Shown in pieces: positions 22,520 to 31,314 of a stretch of 64,000 bases of DNA. Where the stretch lies: positions 352,001-416,000 of the forward strand of contig CAWBGA010000001.1 of the NCBI GenBank assembly GCA_963788195.1. Direction: 5' to 3'. Origin of the DNA: Nitrospirota bacterium. GTDB lineage: Bacteria; Nitrospirota; Nitrospiria; Nitrospirales; NS-4. Both the position numbers and the translations under genes were made by a program. The notes beneath the pieces are model-generated. The model did not search any database. It was not told the origin of the DNA and saw only the letters and a program-made list of their open reading frames with translations. Numbering within the stretch: position 1 is the stretch's first letter; each line of letters begins with the position of its first letter.

Positions 22520-22860
22520 TTCGATACAGCCTACTGAACTATTTGATCGAGGCCCATGAATGTCAGCTCATCTCAGCGAATGTGGCGGTGTTGAGCGAAA
22601 TCGCCGAGTCCGATTGGGAGCAGGTTCAGGACGTCTTAAATCAGCTCTCTCAGGATGGGGATATTGTCATGACAAAGGACAACCAGCCATATCGGAGCGG
22701 GGTGAACGGTGGCTGGTTTTTTCACGCCGGCAACTTTCAAATTAAAGCCACTGTCCGCGGCCGTCGGGAGTATGCAAAACTTCAGATCCTTAAGGAACCT
22801 CCCGTCGGAGAGCTGGATGGTCAGTCTCCTTCGGAAGGGGCGGGTTCCCAGCAAGGTTAG
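22501..22860 (+). CDS. hypothetical protein
   Basis: 119 aa ORF with RBS filling the gap between lipB and gdhA. Confidence 0.6.
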   Translation: MHADDLIRYSLLNYLIEAHECQLISANVAVLSEIAESDWEQVQDVLNQLSQDGDIVMTKDNQPYRSGVNGGWFFHAGNFQIKATVRGRREYAKLQILKEPPVGELDGQSPSEGAGSQQG

Positions 22861-22866
22861 ATCAGG

Positions 22867-24138
22867 ATGGTTCTGCAACCCTACGACGAATTTAACACGT
22901 CCACGTTCAGACTGGCAGTCGCTCAATTCGAAGAGGCCGCCGATCGGCTCGGATTGAGTCCCCTTCTCCGGGATCGCTTGAAGCTTCCGCAGCGGGCCCT
23001 CATCGTGTCGGTTCCGATTCGTATGGACGATGGCACTGTGAAGGTTTTCGCAGGGTACCGAGTCCAGCATGATACGGCGCTCGGCCCTTCCAAGGGTGGC
23101 GTTCGCTTTCACTCTGAAGTCAATCTGGGGGAGGTTGCCGCGCTTGCTATGTGGATGACCTGGAAATGCGCGCTGGTGGGGTTGCCTTACGGCGGTGCCA
23201 AGGGTGGCGTTCGGGTCGCGCCGGAACAGCTGTCACGGGGGGAGTTAGAGCGACTGACGCGGCGCTACACCGCCGAGATCGCGCCCCATATCGGACCGGA
23301 GGAAGACATCCCCGCGCCGGATGTGGGCACCAATTCGCAGGTTATGGCCTGGATGATGGACACCTATAGCCAGCAGGTGGGGTACGCGGTTCCTGGAGTT
23401 GTCACCGGCAAACCGCTGTCGATCGGAGGGAGCCTCGGTCGAGAGGACGCCACCGGGCGAGGCGTTGTGGATGTGACAACGGAGGCTTTGAAGCGATTTA
23501 ACCTGACCATGACGGACGCCACTGTCGTCATCCAAGGGTTCGGCAATGTCGGGATGCACACGGCGATGATCATCCATCAGGCGGGCGCCAAAGTTCTCGC
23601 AGTGAGCGATGCCAAGGGCGGGATTTATAATCCCCAGGGCATCGATATCCCGACGTTGGTTTCGCGATATGACAGTAAAACCCGGCCGCTCGCCGAGTGC
23701 GAAGCAGGCGAGGCCATCACGAACGAGGAACTCCTTCAGTTGCCGTGTACGGTTCTCGTTCCGGCGGCGCTATCCGAGCAGATCACGGTTGCCAACGCGG
23801 GCAAGCTGCGTTGCCGCATCCTCGCGGAGGGTGCGAATGGGCCCACCACCCTCGAGGCCGATCGCGTGCTCGAAGAGCGGGGCATTTTCATCATTCCTGA
23901 CATTTTGGCCAATTCGGGCGGCGTGATCGTGTCATATTTCGAGTGGGTCCAAGACGTTCAGAAGTACTTCTGGAATGCACAGGACATCCAAGAGCGTTTG
24001 TACGCCATCATTACCAGTTCGTTTCAGCGAACGGTGGCATTCGCCGAGAATCGAAAGGTGAGCATGCGAATGGCGGCGCTGATGTGCGGCATTGACAGGA
24101 CCGCGCAGGCGCATCTCGTTCGCGGACTCTATCCGTGA
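22867..24138 (+). CDS. gdhA: Glu/Leu/Phe/Val dehydrogenase (glutamate dehydrogenase)
   Basis: GPSKGGVRF, GGAKGG, PAPDVGT, QGFGNVG, EGANGP, GGVIVSYFEWVQ. Confidence 0.95.
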   Translation: MVLQPYDEFNTSTFRLAVAQFEEAADRLGLSPLLRDRLKLPQRALIVSVPIRMDDGTVKVFAGYRVQHDTALGPSKGGVRFHSEVNLGEVAALAMWMTWKCALVGLPYGGAKGGVRVAPEQLSRGELERLTRRYTAEIAPHIGPEEDIPAPDVGTNSQVMAWMMDTYSQQVGYAVPGVVTGKPLSIGGSLGREDATGRGVVDVTTEALKRFNLTMTDATVVIQGFGNVGMHTAMIIHQAGAKVLAVSDAKGGIYNPQGIDIPTLVSRYDSKTRPLAECEAGEAITNEELLQLPCTVLVPAALSEQITVANAGKLRCRILAEGANGPTTLEADRVLEERGIFIIPDILANSGGVIVSYFEWVQDVQKYFWNAQDIQERLYAIITSSFQRTVAFAENRKVSMRMAALMCGIDRTAQAHLVRGLYP

Positions 24139-24515
24139 GATGGCTCGTCTTCACAACGATTGGGGTGCTGTGGTTTTCATTAGGAATGGGGCTGATTATC
24201 GCGCCGGCGTGGACGGTGGTAATGGTGGAACGTCTCATATCGGATGAGTTTCGCCTGTTCGTACTGATTCAGTTAGAAATCATTGTAAGCCTGGCCCTGG
24301 TTGTCGGAACAACTGGTTTGCATTTTCATGGTTTATGGATCGTGCTTGGCTGTATAGGCCTTCTGAAGGGCCTCTTTTTTACGTGGGCGCCGATCGGCCG
24401 CCGCGAAGCGGTGCTCGACTGGGCCCTCAAGCGACCGTTCTGGGAGTATCGGGTCTGCGGTATAATTCTGGTCGCCTTAGCCACGATGCTGGCGTACGGA
24501 ATCAGCGTGCTCTAA
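24135..24515 (+). CDS. small membrane protein
   Basis: four hydrophobic segments; GTGA overlap with the gdhA stop. Confidence 0.7.
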   Translation: MRWLVFTTIGVLWFSLGMGLIIAPAWTVVMVERLISDEFRLFVLIQLEIIVSLALVVGTTGLHFHGLWIVLGCIGLLKGLFFTWAPIGRREAVLDWALKRPFWEYRVCGIILVALATMLAYGISVL

Positions 24516-24524
24516 GGAGCGGCG

Positions 24525-24860
24525 GTGGCAGAAACACTAGTGGCACTCTGGGGACGTCATCAGCAGGAAGCGCTGCCGGAGGTCCCGGCGTTGAACAAAG
24601 GGGAGCTCTGGGTTCTTGATGAGGTCATCGGTGGCTGTATCTCTTATTACCTGGACGCCGGCCGAACTCTCGATATGCAGCGCCTCGCCATTCTGCGCGA
24701 TTGCCGAGCGGATCTGGATCGGTTGCTCCCAGAGCTGGAAGGGCCGGCGCTAGATTATTTCCGCCGGCTTGGAACTCTGGCGGAGCTTGTCCTGAGCTCC
24801 GACGCTACCGAACATAAATCGCTTGAGGCAAGCGATGATACGGGGACCCAGGGACGCTAG
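24525..24860 (+). CDS. hypothetical protein
   Basis: AAGGAG RBS, 111 aa ORF in the same operon. Confidence 0.65.
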   Translation: MAETLVALWGRHQQEALPEVPALNKGELWVLDEVIGGCISYYLDAGRTLDMQRLAILRDCRADLDRLLPELEGPALDYFRRLGTLAELVLSSDATEHKSLEASDDTGTQGR

Positions 24861-24941
24861 CGTGCTTGCATCTCCAGAGCTGGTTCGCTAATATCCGTCG
24901 GTTATTCTACGGGCATGATCTTTTTTACTGGGAGGGAAAGC

Positions 24942-25472
24942 ATGCGCAGGTTTAAGAAAATCCTTCCGGCCGTCCTCAGCCTGGCGATTGTCTTCCTGGC
25001 CGCTCACGACGTCGCGGCCGAATCCTATGAACTGACTGAAACTGATGTAAATGACATTTCAAAGGTTAATACCCCTGAAATTTCATTGTTCGGGATCAAG
25101 CTGGGCGATCCCGAAGACAAGGTGAAAGAAAAGCTGATCAAAATTAAGATCCCCGGCGTCAAGGTCGAAATTCAGGACGTCTATGTAATGCTCTATGACA
25201 GGCGGAGCCCGGGCAATCCCATGGCCGGTATACGGTTGAGCGACGGGAAAGTCGATTATATATTTATCAATCAACGGTTTGCGCATCTCGCGTCCGGCGT
25301 CTTTCGCTCGGTCTTGCGTGGTGAGGGAGTGGAGGAAGCGCGGAAACTCCTCGGCAAAGAGGAGTTCTCTGAAGACCAGACGACATTTACCCGACTGAAC
25401 TATAAAGGCGGGACGATGGTCCTTGTCTTTTCTGGGCGGGATATAACCGTCGAATTCAACGCAGCGGTCTAG
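24942..25472 (+). CDS. exported hypothetical protein
   Basis: GGAGG RBS, signal peptide MRRFKK...VAA. Confidence 0.7.
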   Translation: MRRFKKILPAVLSLAIVFLAAHDVAAESYELTETDVNDISKVNTPEISLFGIKLGDPEDKVKEKLIKIKIPGVKVEIQDVYVMLYDRRSPGNPMAGIRLSDGKVDYIFINQRFAHLASGVFRSVLRGEGVEEARKLLGKEEFSEDQTTFTRLNYKGGTMVLVFSGRDITVEFNAAV

Positions 25473-25475
25473 ACG

Positions 25476-26408
25476 TTAATAACTGTCAAGAATCGTCGGG
25501 GCATCACGCAACTCACCTTCCAACAGAGTTTGCGCGGTGCTCCATCGCTGGCGCGAATTCAGCAGCACCAGGAGGAGTTCCTTATCGCCCCTGCGGACGA
25601 CGGTGATCAGGCAGCGTCCCGCGGCTTTCGTATAACCGGTCTTTACACCGACGACGCCATCCATGACGCCCAGGAGGCGGTTCGTCGTCCGGGATACAAA
25701 CGCTCGCGATTGGTTCACCTGACGTAACACCGCCATCGGCTCCTTCACGATGGTGGAGAAGGTGTCATATCCCATCGCATATTCCGTCAGCTTTGCGAGT
25801 TCTTCCGCCGTCGAGTAGTGTTGAACCATATTGAACCCGCAGGCATTACGGAATTGTGTCTGTGTCAGCCCTAATTCCTGAGCCTTGGCATTCATCTTAT
25901 CGACAAAGGCCTCTTCCGTCCCCGCGATGTGCTCGGCCGCGGCAAGACAGGCGTCGTTCGCTGATCGGATCAGCATTGCCTCCAACAGGCCTCTCAGTGG
26001 AAAGACCTGGCCCCGTTTCAAGTACATTTTCGTGGGGAGGGCGGCAGCCGCGCGGCGGCTGATCACGACCGAATCTTCGAGATTGCCTTCTGACAGGATC
26101 ACGATCGCCGACATGATTTTGGTCAGGCTTGCAGGAGGCATCTGCTCTTTCGCACGCTGCTCGAATAGGATTCGTCCGGTGGTGAGGTCCTTCAGTAAAA
26201 TGGCTTCCGCCCGTGGCGTTACCGCTCGAAACTTTCTCTTGTAGACACGGTGCAGCCTGGCCTTGGCGCCCTTGACGGTATGTGCCCGGGAAAGCCGTTT
26301 CGAAGCCTTACTGTCCTTGTCTTGCGCCATGGTCGGGTGACTCTGGGCAAGACAGAGGATCGTGAAGATCACAGCGATCATCGTGGCGGCCGGGCGGGTG
26401 GCCTTCAT
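25476..26408 (-). CDS. D-alanyl-D-alanine carboxypeptidase (peptidase S11)
   Basis: PASLTK (SxxK), SAN (SxN), KTG motifs. Confidence 0.92.
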   Translation of the reverse strand: MKATRPAATMIAVIFTILCLAQSHPTMAQDKDSKASKRLSRAHTVKGAKARLHRVYKRKFRAVTPRAEAILLKDLTTGRILFEQRAKEQMPPASLTKIMSAIVILSEGNLEDSVVISRRAAAALPTKMYLKRGQVFPLRGLLEAMLIRSANDACLAAAEHIAGTEEAFVDKMNAKAQELGLTQTQFRNACGFNMVQHYSTAEELAKLTEYAMGYDTFSTIVKEPMAVLRQVNQSRAFVSRTTNRLLGVMDGVVGVKTGYTKAAGRCLITVVRRGDKELLLVLLNSRQRWSTAQTLLEGELRDAPTILDSY

Positions 26409-26593
26409 GAAGGGATCGTGGCGCCAGGCTTCAGATCCTTTTCGCTGGCTTGCAAGACCCGATGGAAAAAACGTAGAAGGTCGGCCAGATCGAGCCAAAA
26501 CCCACAGTTAAGGCAGCGGGCGTAGAGGCGACGGCTGTCCAATGTGTACTGCCGTTCGGCGAGCATAAAACCTTGACATTTCAAACATGTCAT
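26405..26593 (-). CDS. small CxxC...CxxC zinc-ribbon protein
   Basis: MTCLKCQGFM...RCLNCG; stop overlaps the carboxypeptidase start. Confidence 0.7.
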   Translation of the reverse strand: MTCLKCQGFMLAERQYTLDSRRLYARCLNCGFWLDLADLLRFFHRVLQASEKDLKPGATIPS

Positions 26594-26646
26594 CGATGGC
26601 ACTGTGACATTGCCTCTGGCCTATGTCAAGATTTCGGAGGCGGCAT

Positions 26647-26829
26647 TTATTTGATTCGATTCAATATGATCGCAATACAGCCGGCCAGCAGTCCGCCGCC
26701 GGTTATCGTGAGCAGAAAGCCAGCAGAACTCTTGTTGCCATTCAGCAAGTCTTGAAAGCCGCCCTGCACCATTAATACGCCAAGGGTGGTTGCGGCGCCC
26801 GTCAAGAACCACCATAAGAAGGTTTTCAT
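26647..26829 (-). CDS. small two-helix membrane protein
   Basis: MKTFLWW..., two hydrophobic segments. Confidence 0.5.
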   Translation of the reverse strand: MKTFLWWFLTGAATTLGVLMVQGGFQDLLNGNKSSAGFLLTITGGGLLAGCIAIILNRIK

Positions 26830-26909
26830 AATTGGCCCCCGGCACTGCAAGTCAACCCACATCGGCACCGTACAGGAGCGTTAAGGGGCTGTCCAGCCGG
26901 CAGACACCC

Positions 26910-28070
26910 TCATTGGACGGGTACCACATGGGAGCGCGGATCCTTCGCTAAAAAGATTGAGATCGTGCTGGAAATATTGTTCGCGATAGCGAGGCCGGGT
27001 CTCGGATCTTTGGATGTGAAAGCGACCGAGGCGATGGCAAACGGCGCTGCTCCGCTTTTGTAACTTCGCGGCGGTTGCCAGAACGTGCCGTCCCCCTTGC
27101 CGAGCACAATCGACAAATCGCCGGAGAGGTTATTGACGACCGCCACATCAGTCTTGCCGTCCGCGTCAAAGTCGCCGGTGACCATCGCCATCGGACCTGC
27201 ATTTGCTCCGAAAGCGGCGCCTTTCGTGAACGTGCCGTCCCCTTTGCCGAGAAATACCGTGATGTCATCCATCTCGCCATTGACCACCAGCATATCCATA
27301 TAGCGATCGCCATTCAGGTCCAGAATCGATACACCCAGAGGCCGATGTCCGGTCTTGTAGGCGCTGGGAGCATCAAACGTGCCGTCGCCTTTACCCAGAA
27401 ACACTGCCACGGAGCTACTCATCTGTCCGCCTTGGGTAACCGCTAGGTCCAAGACCCCGTCGCCGTTGATGTCCGCAGCCGCGACAGCTGTAGGCGTGTC
27501 CCCATATTCATACAGCGCTTTTTGGGCGAACTTGGCCGTTGCCCCGACCAAGTAGAATCATGAGCTTGTCGTTTCTCAGGGCGACGGCGAGATCGGGATG
27601 TCCATCCTTATTAAAATCCCCCCAGGCAAGGGCAACCGGCGACTTGACGGCGGGATACGTTTCGCCCTTGGTAAATTGTCCGGCGCCGTTTCCCAACAAT
27701 ATCGTCACGCGGTTATTCCCGACATTGGCGACAGCGAGATCTAGGCGCCCATCGCCATTCAGATCGTGCAAGATCAGAGCCCGCGGCTGTTCGGGTACCC
27801 GTAGGGTCATCGGCTCCCGAAAACTTCCGTCCCCATTACCGATGAGAATGGTCAGGGAGTCACTGCCGATGTTCGTCGTAATGATATCGCCGAGGCCGTC
27901 GCCGTTGACGTCGCCGGAGACGATGCTGGTAGGGTTTTTACCTACGCATATGAATGATAGAGATAGAACAAGTCGGGGACTTGGTGAGATTCGCGCTGGG
28001 TGCAGGCGCTAGGGGCAATAAGAGCGACACTGCCGAGGAATCCCAACATCCGCAGCAACGACATTCGCAT
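26910..28070 (-). CDS. FG-GAP/VCBS repeat lipoprotein (frameshifts near 27945 and 27545)
   Basis: repeated DxNGDGxxDLAV...GxGDGTF; signal peptide ending in a Cys (APSAC). Confidence 0.85.
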
Positions 28071-28095
28071 AGTAAAGGCATTGTACCGGGACAGC

Positions 28096-28515
28096 AGGGG
28101 GAAAAGGAATCTGTCTTGGCAGATTCCAGGGCGGGCGGGAGCAAGAGGGGCCAAGTATTCAGGCTCGGGGCGGGTCGGGTGCAATGGCGGGTGCAATGGG
28201 GCAAAAGAAATCTGTCTTGGGAAAAGGCTGTCTGGCATGCGGGGACAGGGGGAAAGGACGCTGTCCTGGGGGCAAGAAGTTTGTCTTGGCAAACTGGGGT
28301 CAGGAGGTGGGATGGGGTGCATCGATGGGGTGAAGCGGGTCAAAGAGATGGGAGACTATCAGGGTGGCCTAAAAGAGTCATCAGGCCTCACGGGAAAAGA
28401 GCTCTCTGCTTCAGGCTCGGGGTGGGTTGGGTGCAATGTCGAGCAAGCTCGCTTGGTGGGTGCAAGGGGAAAAGGAGTTTGTCTTGGCAAACTCCCGGGA
28501 TGGGCGGGTGTAATG
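28096..28515 (+). repeat. cluster E of dispersed hairpin/G-tract repeat (at least 5 units)
   Basis: GGAATCTGTC-TT-GGCAGATTCC (28106-28127), AGTTTGTC-TT-GGCAAACT (28278-28295), GGAGTTTGTC-TT-GGCAAACTCC (28474-28495), with GGGYGGGYGGGTGYAAT-type tails. Confidence 0.85.
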
Positions 28516-28605
28516 TGGTATGCCATGGGAGCATCTTGCGAAACCGGTTGCACGCAATTCCTGCAGCTGTTGCGCCGCATTCAATGCTGAGTTAGACTTT
28601 CACGC

Positions 28606-29901
28606 ATGCCGGTGGTCTACATTGAGAACTTGTCGCAGCATTCGGATCAGGAAGTAAGTGTGCGCGGCTGGCTACGCCATAAGCGAATCGGGGGCAAGAT
28701 CGCTTTTCTTGTGCTGCGGGACGGCACCGGCGACATGCAGGCGGTAGTGAGTAAGGCGGTGGTAGGAGAAGAGATGTTCTCGCAGGTCACCAAATTGACG
28801 CAAGAATCCTCGCTGATCGTGACCGGACAGGTCCGCGCCGATGCCCGAGCGCCGGGAGGGTTTGAACTCGACGTCAAGAATATCCAGGTTGTCCAACTCG
28901 TGACGGAGGAGTTCCCGATTCAGGCGAAGGAGCACGGTACGGGATTTCTCATGGAGAATCGGCATCTCTGGCTTCGCTCGCACCGTCAACATGCCATTCT
29001 TCGTATTCGGCACGAAATTATCAGGGCCTCCCGCAATTTCTTTGATGAGAGGGGATTTGTTTTGGTTGACACGCCGATCTTCACACCCAATGCCTGTGAA
29101 GGAACGACGACGCTCTTTGAGACCGATTATTTTGGCGAGAAAGCCTACCTCACACAGAGCGGTCAACTCTATAACGAAGCGACGGCGGCTGCCTTCGGTA
29201 AAGTCTATTGCTTCGGTCCGACATTTCGTGCCGAAAAATCCAAGACCCGTCGCCATCTCATGGAATTTTGGATGATTGAACCTGAAGTAGCGTATGCAGA
29301 ACTGCAGGACATGATGATCCTGGCCGAAGAGTTTTTAAGCTTCATCGTCGCCTCGGTTCTGAAAGCGCGAAAAGAGGAACTGAAAGTACTAGAACGAGAC
29401 ATAAAGAGGCTTGAAGCTGTATCGCCCCCATTTCCGCGATTGACGTATCATGATGCCGTAGAACGACTCCGCAAGCACGGTAACCCAATCCAACCCGGAG
29501 AAGACTTTGGCGGCGATGAGGAGACGATTCTGTCCAATGAATTCGACCGCCCGGTCATCATACATAGATACCCCAAGTCGATTAAGGCCTTTTACATGGA
29601 GGAGGATCCGCAAAATTCAGAATTGTCGCTCTGTATGGATGTGCTGGCCCCCGAGGGCTATGGTGAAATCATCGGCGGCGGACAGAGAATTCATGACTAT
29701 GACAAGCTTGAAGGACGCTTGAAAGAGCACCATCTCTCTGAAGAGTCCTTCAAATGGTATCTGGATTTACGAACATTCGGCTCAGTGCCTCATGCAGGAT
29801 TCGGGATGGGAATAGAGCGGGCCGTGTCATGGATCTGCGGTCTCGAACACGTGCGCGAGACAATTGCCTTCCCACGCATGCTGTATCGTATTTATCCCTA
29901 A
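28606..29901 (+). CDS. asnS: asparagine--tRNA ligase
   Basis: OB fold, [50 protein letters not shown]. Confidence 0.95.
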   Translation: MPVVYIENLSQHSDQEVSVRGWLRHKRIGGKIAFLVLRDGTGDMQAVVSKAVVGEEMFSQVTKLTQESSLIVTGQVRADARAPGGFELDVKNIQVVQLVTEEFPIQAKEHGTGFLMENRHLWLRSHRQHAILRIRHEIIRASRNFFDERGFVLVDTPIFTPNACEGTTTLFETDYFGEKAYLTQSGQLYNEATAAAFGKVYCFGPTFRAEKSKTRRHLMEFWMIEPEVAYAELQDMMILAEEFLSFIVASVLKARKEELKVLERDIKRLEAVSPPFPRLTYHDAVERLRKHGNPIQPGEDFGGDEETILSNEFDRPVIIHRYPKSIKAFYMEEDPQNSELSLCMDVLAPEGYGEIIGGGQRIHDYDKLEGRLKEHHLSEESFKWYLDLRTFGSVPHAGFGMGIERAVSWICGLEHVRETIAFPRMLYRIYP

Positions 29902-29961
29902 GCAATAAACACCCCATTCGCGCTCTTGCCGTTTCGGTTGCACCCACACCGCTTCGAAAAG

Positions 29962-29970
29962 TTATCCACA
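29962..29970 (+). promoter_or_regulatory. DnaA box
   Basis: perfect TTATCCACA upstream of the dcw promoter. Confidence 0.55.
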
Positions 29971-30025
29971 GGAAGGAGCGGTGCTCTATACTTTCGATAT
30001 GTCTAGGTAAATACTGTTTTTAATC

Positions 30026-30053
30026 TTGACATCTTCTCTGGAAAGCCTATACT
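30026..30053 (+). promoter_or_regulatory. sigma70 promoter of the dcw cluster
   Basis: TTGACA-16 nt-TATACT. Confidence 0.7.
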
Positions 30054-30063
30054 CCAAAAAGTT

Positions 30064-30089
30064 AGTGGGTGAAAGTGGGAATGAGTGGA
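30064..30089 (+). promoter_or_regulatory. MraZ-binding direct repeats (dcw boxes)
   Basis: AGTGGG, AGTGGG, AGTGGA at 30064, 30074, 30084 (10-bp period). Confidence 0.75.
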
Positions 30090-30999
30090 AGGTGAAACGA
30101 AATTACATCGGCCAGTTATGCTCGCGGAAGTTCTTGACTGGCTGCAGCCTCGCCCGGGTGCGATCTATCTGGATGGAACGGTCGGAGAAGGAGGTCACAG
30201 CGAAGCGATCCTGCAGGCTTCCAGTCCAACCGGCCGACTGGTGGGATTTGACCGAGACGCCGAGGCAATTGCAGCGGCCCAACATGCGCTGCAATCCTAT
30301 GGCGGGCGGGCTATGTTGATTCATGCCTCTTACCGAGAAGCAGGGACCGTCCTTCGAGATATGGGCATTGTCGGTGTGGACGGGGCGCTTCTTGATCTCG
30401 GAGTCTCTTCGCGGCAGCTCGATACCTCGGCTCGCGGATTCAGTTTCCAAACCCAGGGTCCACTGGATATGCGGATGAATCCGCATGATTCGCTGACGGC
30501 GGCGGACCTTGTCAACCGTCTGCCCGAGACGGAGCTGGCTCGAATTCTTTACGAGTATGGAGAGGAGCGCTATTCACGGCGGATCGCGCGCGCGATTATT
30601 CGCCGGCGTCAAAGCGGTGCTATTCTCACGACCCTGGCTCTTGTCGATGTGATTCGCAGCGCTGTTCCGCACGTCTATGTCCACGGCCGACTCCACTTTG
30701 CCACCCGAACCTTCCAAGCTCTTCGGATCGCCGTGAACCATGAGCTCGAAGAACTTGTGTCATCTGTGGGGATGTTGGCACGCCTCCTCTGTCCCGGCGG
30801 GCGGCTGGTCATTCTGTCGTTTCATTCCCTCGAAGACCGGATTGTGAAGCAAGAATTTCGAGAGCTTGCCCGCGATCCCAGCGGCGAATTTTTGATTCTT
30901 ACAAAGCGCCCCATCCCGTCATCCCATGAGGAGAGCCTCGCGAACCCAAGAGCGCGAAGCGCCAAGTTGCGGGTGCTCGCACGAAAGGAGGCAGCATGA
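30085..30999 (+). CDS. rsmH: 16S rRNA m4C1402 methyltransferase
   Basis: HRPVML, DGTVGEGGHS, DLGVSS, PLDMRM, SFHSLEDRIVK, NPRARSAKLR. Confidence 0.97.
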   Translation: MEGETKLHRPVMLAEVLDWLQPRPGAIYLDGTVGEGGHSEAILQASSPTGRLVGFDRDAEAIAAAQHALQSYGGRAMLIHASYREAGTVLRDMGIVGVDGALLDLGVSSRQLDTSARGFSFQTQGPLDMRMNPHDSLTAADLVNRLPETELARILYEYGEERYSRRIARAIIRRRQSGAILTTLALVDVIRSAVPHVYVHGRLHFATRTFQALRIAVNHELEELVSSVGMLARLLCPGGRLVILSFHSLEDRIVKQEFRELARDPSGEFLILTKRPIPSSHEESLANPRARSAKLRVLARKEAA

Positions 31000-31301
31000 A
31001 GATCCTGATCGGCACATTGCTGTGGGTCCTCGCGCTGGTTGCTGTCTGTGAGAAAGTGGATGTCTACCGCACCGGGTATGCGATTGAGCAACTGCGCGCG
31101 GAGAAAAAGAAGGCGCAGCAGGAACAGCGGTCCCTGGAGCTGGAGCTGGCCAGAGTCACCGCGCCCGAGCACATCGAGCGAGTGGCGGCGACCAAGCTTG
31201 GCATGGTGCGACCGCGGTATGATCAGGTCGTATTGGTCGGGCCCCGTCCCAAACCACTGAGCCCGGGAGCGCTGCCCGTAGCGCATCTTGCCTCGCATTG
31301 A
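30996..31301 (+). CDS. ftsL: cell division protein FtsL
   Basis: TM helix plus coiled coil, position between rsmH and ftsI. Confidence 0.85.
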   Translation: MKILIGTLLWVLALVAVCEKVDVYRTGYAIEQLRAEKKKAQQEQRSLELELARVTAPEHIERVAATKLGMVRPRYDQVVLVGPRPKPLSPGALPVAHLASH

Positions 31302-31314
31302 GGGATTATCAGGT

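Noticed and set aside
28096..28515. CRISPR array interpretation of the repeat clusters
   Set aside because: Repeats are degenerate and irregularly spaced, the variable parts are self-complementary rather than unique spacers, and no cas genes are present.
27942..28595. Overlapping 130-210 aa ORFs across repeat cluster E
   Set aside because: Low-complexity translations of stop-poor G-rich repeats with no recognisable domain, apart from the 42 codons that form the FG-GAP protein N-terminus.
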